Assembly (NCBI GenBank): GCA_032128415.1
Contig: JAQBGW010000063.1
Coordinates: 3,597 to 67,596 of the forward strand
DNA length: 64,000 nt
DNA from: Betaproteobacteria bacterium
GTDB lineage: Bacteria > Pseudomonadota > Gammaproteobacteria > Burkholderiales > SG8-41
Reading direction: 5' to 3'
Shown in pieces: positions 25,887-34,049 of this stretch. Position 1 is the first letter of the stretch. Every line of letters begins with the position of its first letter. A program made the position numbers and the translations under genes. Below the pieces are notes generated by a model. It ran no database searches. It worked only from the letters and a program-made list of their open reading frames with translations, and was not told the DNA's origin.

Positions 25887-28800
25887 TCATTTTTTCTGCC
25901 CAGCGCGCTGCCACGCCTTCAGCAGCACGCGCGCGCCGATTTCGACAGCCATGTTGCGCTTGTACATGGCTGAGCCGCGCACGCTGACCATGGGCTGTGC
26001 CAGGTCGCGTAGCGGCTGTACGGCGGCGCGGATACGCGCTTCGTCGAACGCGGTTCCGTGCAACGCGCCAAGTTCCAGCATGAGCGGCTTCCAACTGACC
26101 GAGCCGACCACCAGGCGTGCGGCGACGCATGATCCTTGCGCATCCAGCGTCACCAGCGCCGCGGCATTGACAGTCGGCGTTTCGACCACGCCGCGCGGCA
26201 TGAATTTGATGAACGCGCTGCCGGAGCGGGTGGGCAGGGCGTCGACATCAACCGCGACCAGTAAATCATCCTTGGCGAAGCGCTGCTCGAAAGCCTCGGT
26301 CAGCGGGAGCGTGCGTTGCCCTTTGGCCGATGCAACCGTGACGCGGGCGTTGAGACCGAGCAGCGCTACTGGCAGATCGAAGCCGCCGATCAGAGGCGCC
26401 ACGCAGCCGCCAACCGTGGTCATGCGCCGCACCCGGGTATGACCGGCGGCATCGAGTGATTCGGCAATTGCCGCCCAGCCGTCGCGCAACTTCGGCAGGT
26501 CCAGCAATGCCTGCTGGTTCACCGCCGAACCCATGTGCAGTGTGCCTTTGGACTGAATGGCGAGTTGCAGCAATTCCGGAACGCTGCCGGTGTAAATCAA
26601 GCGCCTGGCCTGTGGAAAGCCGGTGCGTTCGCGGCGCAGCGCATGCGACAGGCCGCCGGACAGTATGGCCGCGTCACCCTGCGCGTACAGCGCAACAGCT
26701 TCCGCGAGGGTTTTCGGTTTCAGGAGTTCGGGTTTGGAGGGGCGAGTGCCAGAAGGCGTGCCGGAGGACAGTCGCGACCAGGTGCCGCCCTTGGGCGGCG
26801 TCGGCGGCGCTATTTTTTCGTCCGCGTACATATCCGGATGCAGCGCGCGATGGATTTTTTCTGCAGTGATCGGCAGTTCGTGGATGCGCACCCCGACCGC
26901 ATCGGCGATGGCATTGGCGATGGCTGCCGGAATCGCATCAAGGCCGATTTCCCCGAGACCCTTGGCGCCGAACGGGCCGGAAGGCTCGTAGGAATCGGCA
27001 AAGCCGACATGGATTTTTGGCACGAAATCCGCCGAAGGCAGTGGGTAATCGATAAACTGCGGATCGGTCGGCATGCCGTTGTGCCAGTCGAAGTGCTCAA
27101 CCATCGCCAGTCCTATACCTTGCGTGACTGCGCCCTCAACCTGGCCTTGCGCAGCAGAAGGATGAATCACTGTGCCGCAATCGACAACGGCAGCGATTTC
27201 CCTGATCTTTACCTGACCGGTGCCGCGATCGACTTCGACCTCGACGGCCTGTGCCGCGAAATTGTAGGCGCCGGATTCGTTGCCGTAGCGGCTGTGATCC
27301 GGGAAATCCGAAGGATTGTCCCAGTTGCCGACGCCGACGATGGCTTCACCATCGCGCTTGTAGATGTTGGCGCGCACAATCGCGCTCACTGGCCGAAATT
27401 CGCTTTCAGCCCCATTTTGCGGGCCGATCTGGCCGTTGATGATGGTCAGCTCATCGGACGGTCGTTTGAATTGTTCGCTGGCAGCAGCCATCAATTGCCG
27501 GTGCGCTTCGGCGGCGGCGCGCTTGACGGCGTTGCCGGCCACGTAAGTCACGCGACTGGCCAGTGCGCCCAGCGAGTGCGAGTGGGTGTCGGTGTCGGGA
27601 CGTGTGATGTCCACATCCTCGTATGGCAACCCCAGTTCCTCGGCGGCGATCTGCCGCAGCACGGTCAGCGCGCCCTGGCCGATTTCGCCTTCACCGGTGA
27701 TGATGGTGGCGCGACCGTCTTCGTTGATGCGCACAATGGCTGAACTGCCGTCCCAGTCACCGAAGCTGCGGCGACCGTTGACGTGCACGCTGCAGCCCAT
27801 GCCCAGTCCGTGGTTGGCTGGTTTGTTTTTACGTTTGCTTTTCCATTGAATCAGATCGGCGGCCTTGTCGATGCACTGCTTAAGTTCACAACTGGTAATG
27901 ATGTGATTGTGCGGCGAGACATCGCCTTCCTCAACGGCATTCAGGCGCAGTAGATCGACCACTTCCATTTTCAATTCTTCCGCGGCGAGATCCCAGGCTT
28001 GTTCAACCGCCCAGTCTGCCGAGGGATTGCCGAAGCCGCGGAACGCGCCGGTCGGCACCAGGTTGGTGTAGAGCAGCGTTGATTTGGCGCGGGCGCAGGG
28101 ATATTTGTACAGCGCGTCGTGGCGTACGGTTGCCGCGCCGAGTATGGCCTGCGATTTTCCGGTGTAGGCGCCGTTATCCGCCCACATGCGGATTTCCTTG
28201 GCGAGCACCTTGCCGGCTTTCGAAAACCCGAGCCGTACCCAGTAGCGCATGGGCATGCGCGGATGGCTGGCGAGGAATTCTTCTTCACGGGTATGAATCA
28301 GTTTGACCGGCTTGCCGGTCTTGCGCGCGAGGATGGCGGCGATCACCGAGCAGTTGTCATCACCGGACTTGCCGCCGAAACCGCCGCCGACTTCAGTCTG
28401 GATGACGCGGACCTGCGACTCCGGCAAGCCGAGCGCCGTGGCGTAGCGCCCACGGGCAAGAAACGGCGTCTGGGTGTTGCACCACATGGTGACGCGGTTG
28501 TCAGTCCAGTGCGCCACACAGCCTATGGTTTCGAGCGAGCCGTGCCATTGCCGCTGCAATTCCCAGGTGCCTTCGACCACCACATCCGAGGCCTTGAAGC
28601 CGGCATCGACTTCGCCGCGCTCGAATGCAAATTCATGCGCGACATTACCCGGCGTGTCGTCATGGACCAGCGGCGCGCCCGGCGCCATGGCGGCATCGAG
28701 CGACAGCACGGCGGGCAGCACTTCGTATTCGACAACGATGCGGTCGACGGCAGCGCGCGCAGTTTCGGGATCGGTGGCGGCCACTGCGGCAACTTCATCA

Positions 28801-29129
28801 CCCACGTATCGCACACGTCCTATGGCCAGCGGATACAGATCAGGCCGGAACGCGCCCCATTTGCGTTTGGCGGTGTCTTCGCCGGTAAGCACCACTTTCA
28901 CGCCGGGCATGGTGCGCGCCGCACTGATATCAATGGACTTGATGCGCGCAGCAGGGTGCGGACTGCGCAGCACGGCACCGTACAACATCCCGGGCATGTG
29001 CAGATCGGCTACATATTGCGCGGCGCCGGTGACTTTGGGGATGGCGTCGGTACGCGGTACATCCTTGCCGACCACCAGCAGGCCGGCTTCAAACTTGGGG
29101 TCGCGCAGACGGGGGTCACGGGTATTCAT
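25887..29129 (-). CDS. Molybdenum hydroxylase: xanthine dehydrogenase/CoxL-type molybdopterin subunit fused to a CoxM-type FAD-binding subunit
   Basis: The first ~770 aa is an aldehyde oxidase/XDH a/b-hammerhead plus MoCo domain (GKDVPRTDAIPKVTGAAQYVAD, GGGFGGK). A Pro/Ser/Thr linker (PPTPPKGGTWSRLSSGTPSGTRPSKP) follows. The last 280 aa (25890-26729) is an FAD-binding-5/CO-dehydrogenase flavoprotein domain (ILSGGLSHAL ... RGSAMYKRNM). The start at 29129 forms an ATGA overlap with the Fe-S subunit stop. Confidence 0.85.
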   Translation of the reverse strand: MNTRDPRLRDPKFEAGLLVVGKDVPRTDAIPKVTGAAQYVADLHMPGMLYGAVLRSPHPAARIKSIDISAARTMPGVKVVLTGEDTAKRKWGAFRPDLYPLAIGRVRYVGDEVAAVAATDPETARAAVDRIVVEYEVLPAVLSLDAAMAPGAPLVHDDTPGNVAHEFAFERGEVDAGFKASDVVVEGTWELQRQWHGSLETIGCVAHWTDNRVTMWCNTQTPFLARGRYATALGLPESQVRVIQTEVGGGFGGKSGDDNCSVIAAILARKTGKPVKLIHTREEEFLASHPRMPMRYWVRLGFSKAGKVLAKEIRMWADNGAYTGKSQAILGAATVRHDALYKYPCARAKSTLLYTNLVPTGAFRGFGNPSADWAVEQAWDLAAEELKMEVVDLLRLNAVEEGDVSPHNHIITSCELKQCIDKAADLIQWKSKRKNKPANHGLGMGCSVHVNGRRSFGDWDGSSAIVRINEDGRATIITGEGEIGQGALTVLRQIAAEELGLPYEDVDITRPDTDTHSHSLGALASRVTYVAGNAVKRAAAEAHRQLMAAASEQFKRPSDELTIINGQIGPQNGAESEFRPVSAIVRANIYKRDGEAIVGVGNWDNPSDFPDHSRYGNESGAYNFAAQAVEVEVDRGTGQVKIREIAAVVDCGTVIHPSAAQGQVEGAVTQGIGLAMVEHFDWHNGMPTDPQFIDYPLPSADFVPKIHVGFADSYEPSGPFGAKGLGEIGLDAIPAAIANAIADAVGVRIHELPITAEKIHRALHPDMYADEKIAPPTPPKGGTWSRLSSGTPSGTRPSKPELLKPKTLAEAVALYAQGDAAILSGGLSHALRRERTGFPQARRLIYTGSVPELLQLAIQSKGTLHMGSAVNQQALLDLPKLRDGWAAIAESLDAAGHTRVRRMTTVGGCVAPLIGGFDLPVALLGLNARVTVASAKGQRTLPLTEAFEQRFAKDDLLVAVDVDALPTRSGSAFIKFMPRGVVETPTVNAAALVTLDAQGSCVAARLVVGSVSWKPLMLELGALHGTAFDEARIRAAVQPLRDLAQPMVSVRGSAMYKRNMAVEIGARVLLKAWQRAGQKK

Positions 29130-29605
29130 GATTTGACCGCCTTGTTCAGCAGCGCTGCTGCCTCGCGATAGGCGTCCATGATTTTGACGTAGCCCGTGCA
29201 ACGGCAGTAGACGCTGTCTGCACTCATGCGGATTTCTTCGTCTGTTGGATTGGAATTTTTTTCGAGCAGCGACACGCACTGCATGACATGTCCCGGAATG
29301 CAGATGCCGCACTGCATTGCAGATTTATTGACGAACGCTTGCTGCACTGGATGCAGCACGCCAGCTTCTGCCAGCCCTTCAACAGTGCGTATGTTCGCGC
29401 CATCGCACAGCGCCGCAAGTTGCAGGCACGACGACACTGGTTCGCCGTTGACGAGCACGGTGCAGGTGCCGCAGGCACCGATGCCGCAACCGTGTTTGGT
29501 GCCGGTGAGCTGCAGGTCATCGCGCAGTACATCGACCAGCAGGCGGTCGGAGGATTTAAGGTGAACCTCGACAGGGTCGCCGTTGAGTGTGAATGTGATC
29601 AGCAT
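29126..29605 (-). CDS. (2Fe-2S)-binding small subunit of the molybdenum hydroxylase (CoxS-like)
   Basis: CGIGACGTCTV plant-type cluster and CGICIPG second cluster. Start chosen at MLITFTLNGDPV by analogy with the family. Confidence 0.9.
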   Translation of the reverse strand: MLITFTLNGDPVEVHLKSSDRLLVDVLRDDLQLTGTKHGCGIGACGTCTVLVNGEPVSSCLQLAALCDGANIRTVEGLAEAGVLHPVQQAFVNKSAMQCGICIPGHVMQCVSLLEKNSNPTDEEIRMSADSVYCRCTGYVKIMDAYREAAALLNKAVKS

Positions 29606-29794
29606 GGGGGGTCGCGAGTGATGCGGGAAAAGTCCGAAATTATAGGCCACGCAGCGCTTGATGTTCCCCGTTTACCGTATTGCGGACAGTTTCTTATGCC
29701 ACAGGACATGGACGAGGGGCGTTGCGCGCTATGATGCGGCTGGCGACGTAGTCAATAAGCGGGCGTCGTTCTGCCAGCCGGAGGATTAGTTTCT

Positions 29795-30055
29795 ATGTAC
29801 ACAGAGAAAATCACGGTGCGCGTCACCGAAACCAGGCAGTTAATGGAAGTCGTGGTCTACGATAAACGCGCGTCGTCGATTCAGGTGGTGCTCGGCGCCG
29901 GCGTGCATAGTGTGAAATGCGAACTGACGCCTACCCGCAACGGAATGGCGTATGCCGGCTCGGCGATGGGCCGGGAAATCGTTTATGAGCGCAGCCGCGA
30001 ACAGGTACAGGCTGATATCGACCGGCTGAATCCGCGGGAATTCACCCGGCGCTGA
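29795..30055 (+). CDS. Hypothetical small protein (86 aa)
   Basis: GGAGGA Shine-Dalgarno 8 nt before the ATG and GC-rich third codon positions. No motif recognised. Confidence 0.5.
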   Translation: MYTEKITVRVTETRQLMEVVVYDKRASSIQVVLGAGVHSVKCELTPTRNGMAYAGSAMGREIVYERSREQVQADIDRLNPREFTRR

Positions 30056-30064
30056 GCGCGCAGC

Positions 30065-30448
30065 TCAATCCAGCTGATAGAGCAGAATCAGCATGCTCGC
30101 GATGAGCATGACGCCAAAGGTCAGCACCATGCCGGCGGTGCGATAGCGGAATTTTTCCTGCTCCTGGCTGACACCCCAGGCATGCAGCAGCCGGCCGCAG
30201 ACCAGTGCAATGCCCAGCAGGTGGATGTGCAGCCGTGGGCCATCATGCAGTTCCACAAAGTAAATCAACAGCAGCGTCAGAGGAATATATTCCGCGAAGT
30301 TGGCATTCACGCGCATAGCGCGCTGCAGTAACGTATTTCTGCCATCCCCGATTGCGACACGAAAGCGGCGCCGCAAGCGGATGGTGCGGATACTCAGCGC
30401 AATAAATATCAAGCCGAGGAGCGCGGCGTAGAGCGGGGTAATGGGCAT
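30065..30448 (-). CDS. MAPEG-family membrane protein (YecN-like)
   Basis: Four-TM 127-aa protein with the pattern RLRRRFRVAIGDG....LQRAMRVNANFAEYIPL....RLLHAWG, typical of bacterial MAPEG. Confidence 0.75.
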   Translation of the reverse strand: MPITPLYAALLGLIFIALSIRTIRLRRRFRVAIGDGRNTLLQRAMRVNANFAEYIPLTLLLIYFVELHDGPRLHIHLLGIALVCGRLLHAWGVSQEQEKFRYRTAGMVLTFGVMLIASMLILLYQLD

Positions 30449-30520
30449 CGTTGTACTTATTTTATTGGTTTGCGAAGCGTCAGCACCATGCAGTCGTACT
30501 GATGGTGATTGCCCTTGATT

Positions 30521-31447
30521 TTAACCGTCTCTTTGCAGCACAGTTTGAATTGCTGCAGCCGGGACCTTGATCTCGACGCCGGCACGCTCTTCCTGCAGCA
30601 GCATGGCCACACGCGAATCGCGCTCGGCCCAGCCGCGGTTCAGTGCCTCGGTCATGTCGGCATGGGCGAGGTTGGCGACGCGCATCGGTACGCCGAGTTC
30701 GCGCCCCAGTTCAGTGGCCAGCGTGACGTCCTTCAGTGCGAGTTTCAGCGCAAAGTCCGGCGGATCAAAGCTGCCCTGCAGGAATTGGCGGCCGAGGCGA
30801 TCAAAGGTGCGCTGGCGACCCAATGAGCATTGGCGCACCGCGGCCCACAGCGCCAGCGGATCGACGCCGGCCTTGACGCCGACAGTGAACACTTCGGCGA
30901 GGGCGGTCTGGATCGCATATCCGGCGCAGTTGTGCACCAGCTTGGCAACCGTGCCGGCGCCGATAGGACCGATGTAGATGACTTGATCGCCGATGGCATC
31001 CAGTAACTTGCGATGTTCGTTGAATGCCTGTTCATCGCCACCGACCAGCAACGCCATCTTGCCCGTTTTTGCGCCGTGCGGGCCGCCGGATACCGGCGCA
31101 TCCAGCATGGTGATGCCGTGCTCGGCGCAGCGCGCACTCAATGCGCGCACCACGGTCGGCGAATTGGTGGTGAGATCAAACCACACGCCGCCGCGTTTCA
31201 TGCTGGCCATCAGATCGGCACCGACGGCTTCGGCTTCACGCGGTCCGGGGAGTGAAGTCAGCACGACCTCGACGCTCTTGCCCAATACTTTTACCGAGTC
31301 GGCCCAGGTTGCGCCTGCGGCAAGTACAGGTTTTGCGATTGCTGCGCGCAGATCATGCACGACGAGATCAACGCCTGCCTTGCGTAGATTGAGCGCCATC
31401 GCGCCGCCCATAGTGCCGAGTCCGATGAATCCGACTTTCATGATCAT
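30521..31447 (-). CDS. NAD(P)-dependent oxidoreductase, 3-hydroxyisobutyrate/6-phosphogluconate dehydrogenase-like
   Basis: KVGFIGLGTMGGAMALNL Rossmann motif, DAPVSGG, and the KLVHN pattern of the HIBADH family. Confidence 0.85.
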   Translation of the reverse strand: MIMKVGFIGLGTMGGAMALNLRKAGVDLVVHDLRAAIAKPVLAAGATWADSVKVLGKSVEVVLTSLPGPREAEAVGADLMASMKRGGVWFDLTTNSPTVVRALSARCAEHGITMLDAPVSGGPHGAKTGKMALLVGGDEQAFNEHRKLLDAIGDQVIYIGPIGAGTVAKLVHNCAGYAIQTALAEVFTVGVKAGVDPLALWAAVRQCSLGRQRTFDRLGRQFLQGSFDPPDFALKLALKDVTLATELGRELGVPMRVANLAHADMTEALNRGWAERDSRVAMLLQEERAGVEIKVPAAAIQTVLQRDG

Positions 31448-31467
31448 TCCTTTCGAGCCAATAAAAT

Positions 31468-31491
31468 ATCAATAAAAACAATTGGTTGCAT
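31468..31491 (+). repeat. AT-rich dispersed intergenic motif (ATCAATAAAAACAATTGGTTGCAT)
   Basis: 22/24 identical to the copy at 46616. The upstream AAAATAT flank is also shared. Confidence 0.6.
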
Positions 31492-31501
31492 GATATCTAC
31501 G

Positions 31502-32722
31502 TCAGTATGTCCGGGTCACAGCAGTGTCGCGCATGACCGCTTCCGGAGTATTCAGATGCACAGTGTCGGTGGCATCCCCCCCAGCACAGGCTTGCAGGTA
31601 CGCGCCCAGTTCGCGGGCGCGGGCGACCACGGCACGACCGAAATGCACTCTTGTCGCCGAGTAGCGCGGCAGGGCATCAGCGATATTGTTGTCGCTGTTT
31701 TTCAGCAGATCGGCCAGCAGCATTGCGTCGCCCGCGGCCTTGGATACGCCCATACCGCAATGCGGACGTGCGACAAATGCGGCATCACCCAGCAATGCGA
31801 CACGGTCGAAGGCCATGGCCGGCGACTCCAGATCGAAGATGGCCTGAAAAAACGGCTGCCGGGTTTTGGCGACGACTTCTGCAAATTGCGGCGACAGTTT
31901 CTCGCGCGCAGCCCGGCGTATCTCGTCCAGCACTTCAGCACGGATCAGCGGCGGAGGAATGGACATGTCGTGTCGGTGGCCATGAATATCGGTGCACAGG
32001 CGCGGCAGTTCGCGTTCCGCTTGTGCCGGGCGGTACCAGACAAAATTGAAACAGCGTTCGCCGGCGCGGGTGGAATTGGTAAAACCAGCGACCGGATATC
32101 CCAGCATCTGCTCACCCGGTGCCAGGCTGAAGGCGAGTTTTGGAAACAGGTCGTGATGCGTGTCCGCAGTCAGCTCGGTTTCATCGACCAGTCCGCGCCA
32201 GGCGATGTAGCCGGCATAGACCGGACGCGCAGCCGGAACCAGTTGGCTGCGCACGGAGGAACGGATGCCGTCCGCGCCGATCAGCAGATCGCCTGTGGCT
32301 TGCGTGCCATTGGCAAAATGTACGGTGACGGATTGCGCGTCCTGGGATATCGCAGTGCAGGCATGGTCGAAGTGATAGCGGCCTGCCGGGAATGCGCTTT
32401 TCAGTAGTGCATAGAGCCGTGTCCAGGTTGTCAGGCACTGGCGGATGTCCCGCGTGCCGACCACCGCGCCGTTGTGGTCGAATGAGACACGGCCGGCGAT
32501 ATCCACGCCGAATGAGTCATCGATTCGAATGTCAATGCGCGTCAGTAAGTCGAGTAGATCGGGGTGGGGAACAATGCCGGCGCCGCGGCCGGCGAGTGTT
32601 TCTCCGGCCTGCTCGAATACCCGCACATCCCAGCCCTGGCGGTGCAGCAGGTTAGCGATAAATAAACCGCCGAGCGAGCCGCCGATCACCAGCGCGCGCG
32701 GTTGACGTTGCGCATGCGCCAT
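31502..32722 (-). CDS. FAD-dependent aromatic-ring monooxygenase-like protein
   Basis: ALVIGGSLGGLFIANLL...VRVFE dinucleotide fold, GADGIRS motif, LLGDAAFVARPHCGMG motif. Confidence 0.8.
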   Translation of the reverse strand: MAHAQRQPRALVIGGSLGGLFIANLLHRQGWDVRVFEQAGETLAGRGAGIVPHPDLLDLLTRIDIRIDDSFGVDIAGRVSFDHNGAVVGTRDIRQCLTTWTRLYALLKSAFPAGRYHFDHACTAISQDAQSVTVHFANGTQATGDLLIGADGIRSSVRSQLVPAARPVYAGYIAWRGLVDETELTADTHHDLFPKLAFSLAPGEQMLGYPVAGFTNSTRAGERCFNFVWYRPAQAERELPRLCTDIHGHRHDMSIPPPLIRAEVLDEIRRAAREKLSPQFAEVVAKTRQPFFQAIFDLESPAMAFDRVALLGDAAFVARPHCGMGVSKAAGDAMLLADLLKNSDNNIADALPRYSATRVHFGRAVVARARELGAYLQACAGGDATDTVHLNTPEAVMRDTAVTRTY

Positions 32723-32733
32723 AGTAGCTGGAT

Positions 32734-33180
32734 CTACGCGGCTTGCTGAACTTCAGTGCCCGGATAGTTCAGTTCGATAGTCACGCCGCTCGGATCCTCG
32801 AAAAACACCTGATGCAGGTTCAGCGACGGTACAGTGCGTTCGCGATATTCGATATTGTTTTTTTTCAGCCGGTCGCGCATCTCGTTGACTCCGGTGGCGG
32901 CAAAGGCCATGTGGTCCACGGTGCCGGTGCCATTCAGCGTACCGAGATCCTTGTCGCCGAGATACTCCTTCAGTCCCTCGGGATCGTTGAGATCGATACC
33001 GATGATATGCACGACTCCCGTGGTCTCCGGATATTGCGGGCCGTTGTAGAGCCACAGACCGGGAAATTTAAAGGGCGGTCGGAAGCCAGCCTGGAACCCC
33101 ATGACTTCAATGTAAAACCTGCGCGAGGCTTCAATGTCGAGCGTGCGGATCGAGAAATGATCAAGCTTTCCGATAGGCAT
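32734..33180 (-). CDS. VOC-family protein (glyoxalase/bleomycin resistance/extradiol dioxygenase fold)
   Basis: LDHFSIRTLDIEASRRFY... and HMAFAATG...FFEDPSGVTIEL paired beta-alpha-beta-beta-beta modules. Confidence 0.8.
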   Translation of the reverse strand: MPIGKLDHFSIRTLDIEASRRFYIEVMGFQAGFRPPFKFPGLWLYNGPQYPETTGVVHIIGIDLNDPEGLKEYLGDKDLGTLNGTGTVDHMAFAATGVNEMRDRLKKNNIEYRERTVPSLNLHQVFFEDPSGVTIELNYPGTEVQQAA

Positions 33181-33210
33181 GGTGTGGCTCCAGAATTTGT
33201 TGCAACTACA

Positions 33211-33849
33211 TTACTGCAGCGGCGAGAATGCCGAGGGCATGACAATCTTGTTTTCCTGTGCGATCAGCGTGCCGTCCGGCAGATTGAGCTTTTTGGCGAC
33301 GATGGATGGCGGCCACACGCCTGTGGCGAGGGCCTGATCACGCGCCTCGTTGCGGTGATTGAGCGAGGTGTAAGCCCAGATATGCGTGAAGCGGTTGAGG
33401 CCGCCCAGCTCGCTGTACCAGACGCCGACCAGCGGGCTGATCTTGGCGCGCGCGGGAATCGCCTGTTCCCAGATTTTCTGGATCTTGGGTAGATCGCCGG
33501 GCGCTACGGTGTAGGTGCGCATTTCGAAGTACGGGCCCATCTTGCCAGGTTTGATTTCCGGGGAAATAGGAAAGGGAATGTAAATTTCCGAGCGCATGTT
33601 AAGCAGAAACTCGCCGGTTTTCGGCGGCCAGTTTCCGGCCTGCATGGCTGCTGCACGAATTTTGTCCCGCTCAGCGAGATCTTTGTAAGGCCATACATGG
33701 ATGATCTGATTCAGCGGACCAATCTCGGTATGCCAGAACGCCGCGAGCGGCGACAGTTTCTTGCGGTATTCGTAGGCCTCGCCGAAGCGCTTCTCGACTT
33801 CGGCTAGCGATTTGGGTTTGACGTCGTAGGTGCGTACTTCGTAAATCAT
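33211..33849 (-). CDS. NIPSNAP-family protein (two NIPSNAP repeats)
   Basis: Internal duplication MIYEVRTYDVKP...IHVWPY and YFEMRTYTVAPG...THIWAY. Confidence 0.8.
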   Translation of the reverse strand: MIYEVRTYDVKPKSLAEVEKRFGEAYEYRKKLSPLAAFWHTEIGPLNQIIHVWPYKDLAERDKIRAAAMQAGNWPPKTGEFLLNMRSEIYIPFPISPEIKPGKMGPYFEMRTYTVAPGDLPKIQKIWEQAIPARAKISPLVGVWYSELGGLNRFTHIWAYTSLNHRNEARDQALATGVWPPSIVAKKLNLPDGTLIAQENKIVMPSAFSPLQ

Positions 33850-34049
33850 GGTTTCCTCCGGATTGGGCGCTGCAGCGTGAGGCGGTGATTTTACCAGAGA
33901 CTTTCAACACCACCGCTGGAGACCTCATTGCGCGTCGACTCATATTCTGGACACATGCGTCACGCATCGTGGAGTGCCGCGCTATGATGCTGAAAATAAT
34001 GGCAGCGCGGTTTAAGCGTTTCCCCAATCTGTTCAATCCGGAGGCGAGC

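Noticed and set aside
25771-26130. A 119-aa ORF ending in ...FALSLSKGNGTSTSSARTV.
   Set aside because: Its C-terminus is simply the translation of REP copy 2, and the remainder overlaps the 3' end of the hydroxylase gene out of frame.
26535-29171. 402-aa and 350-aa ORFs on the plus strand.
   Set aside because: Both are antisense to the molybdenum hydroxylase gene, which has unambiguous domain motifs. They are shadow ORFs.
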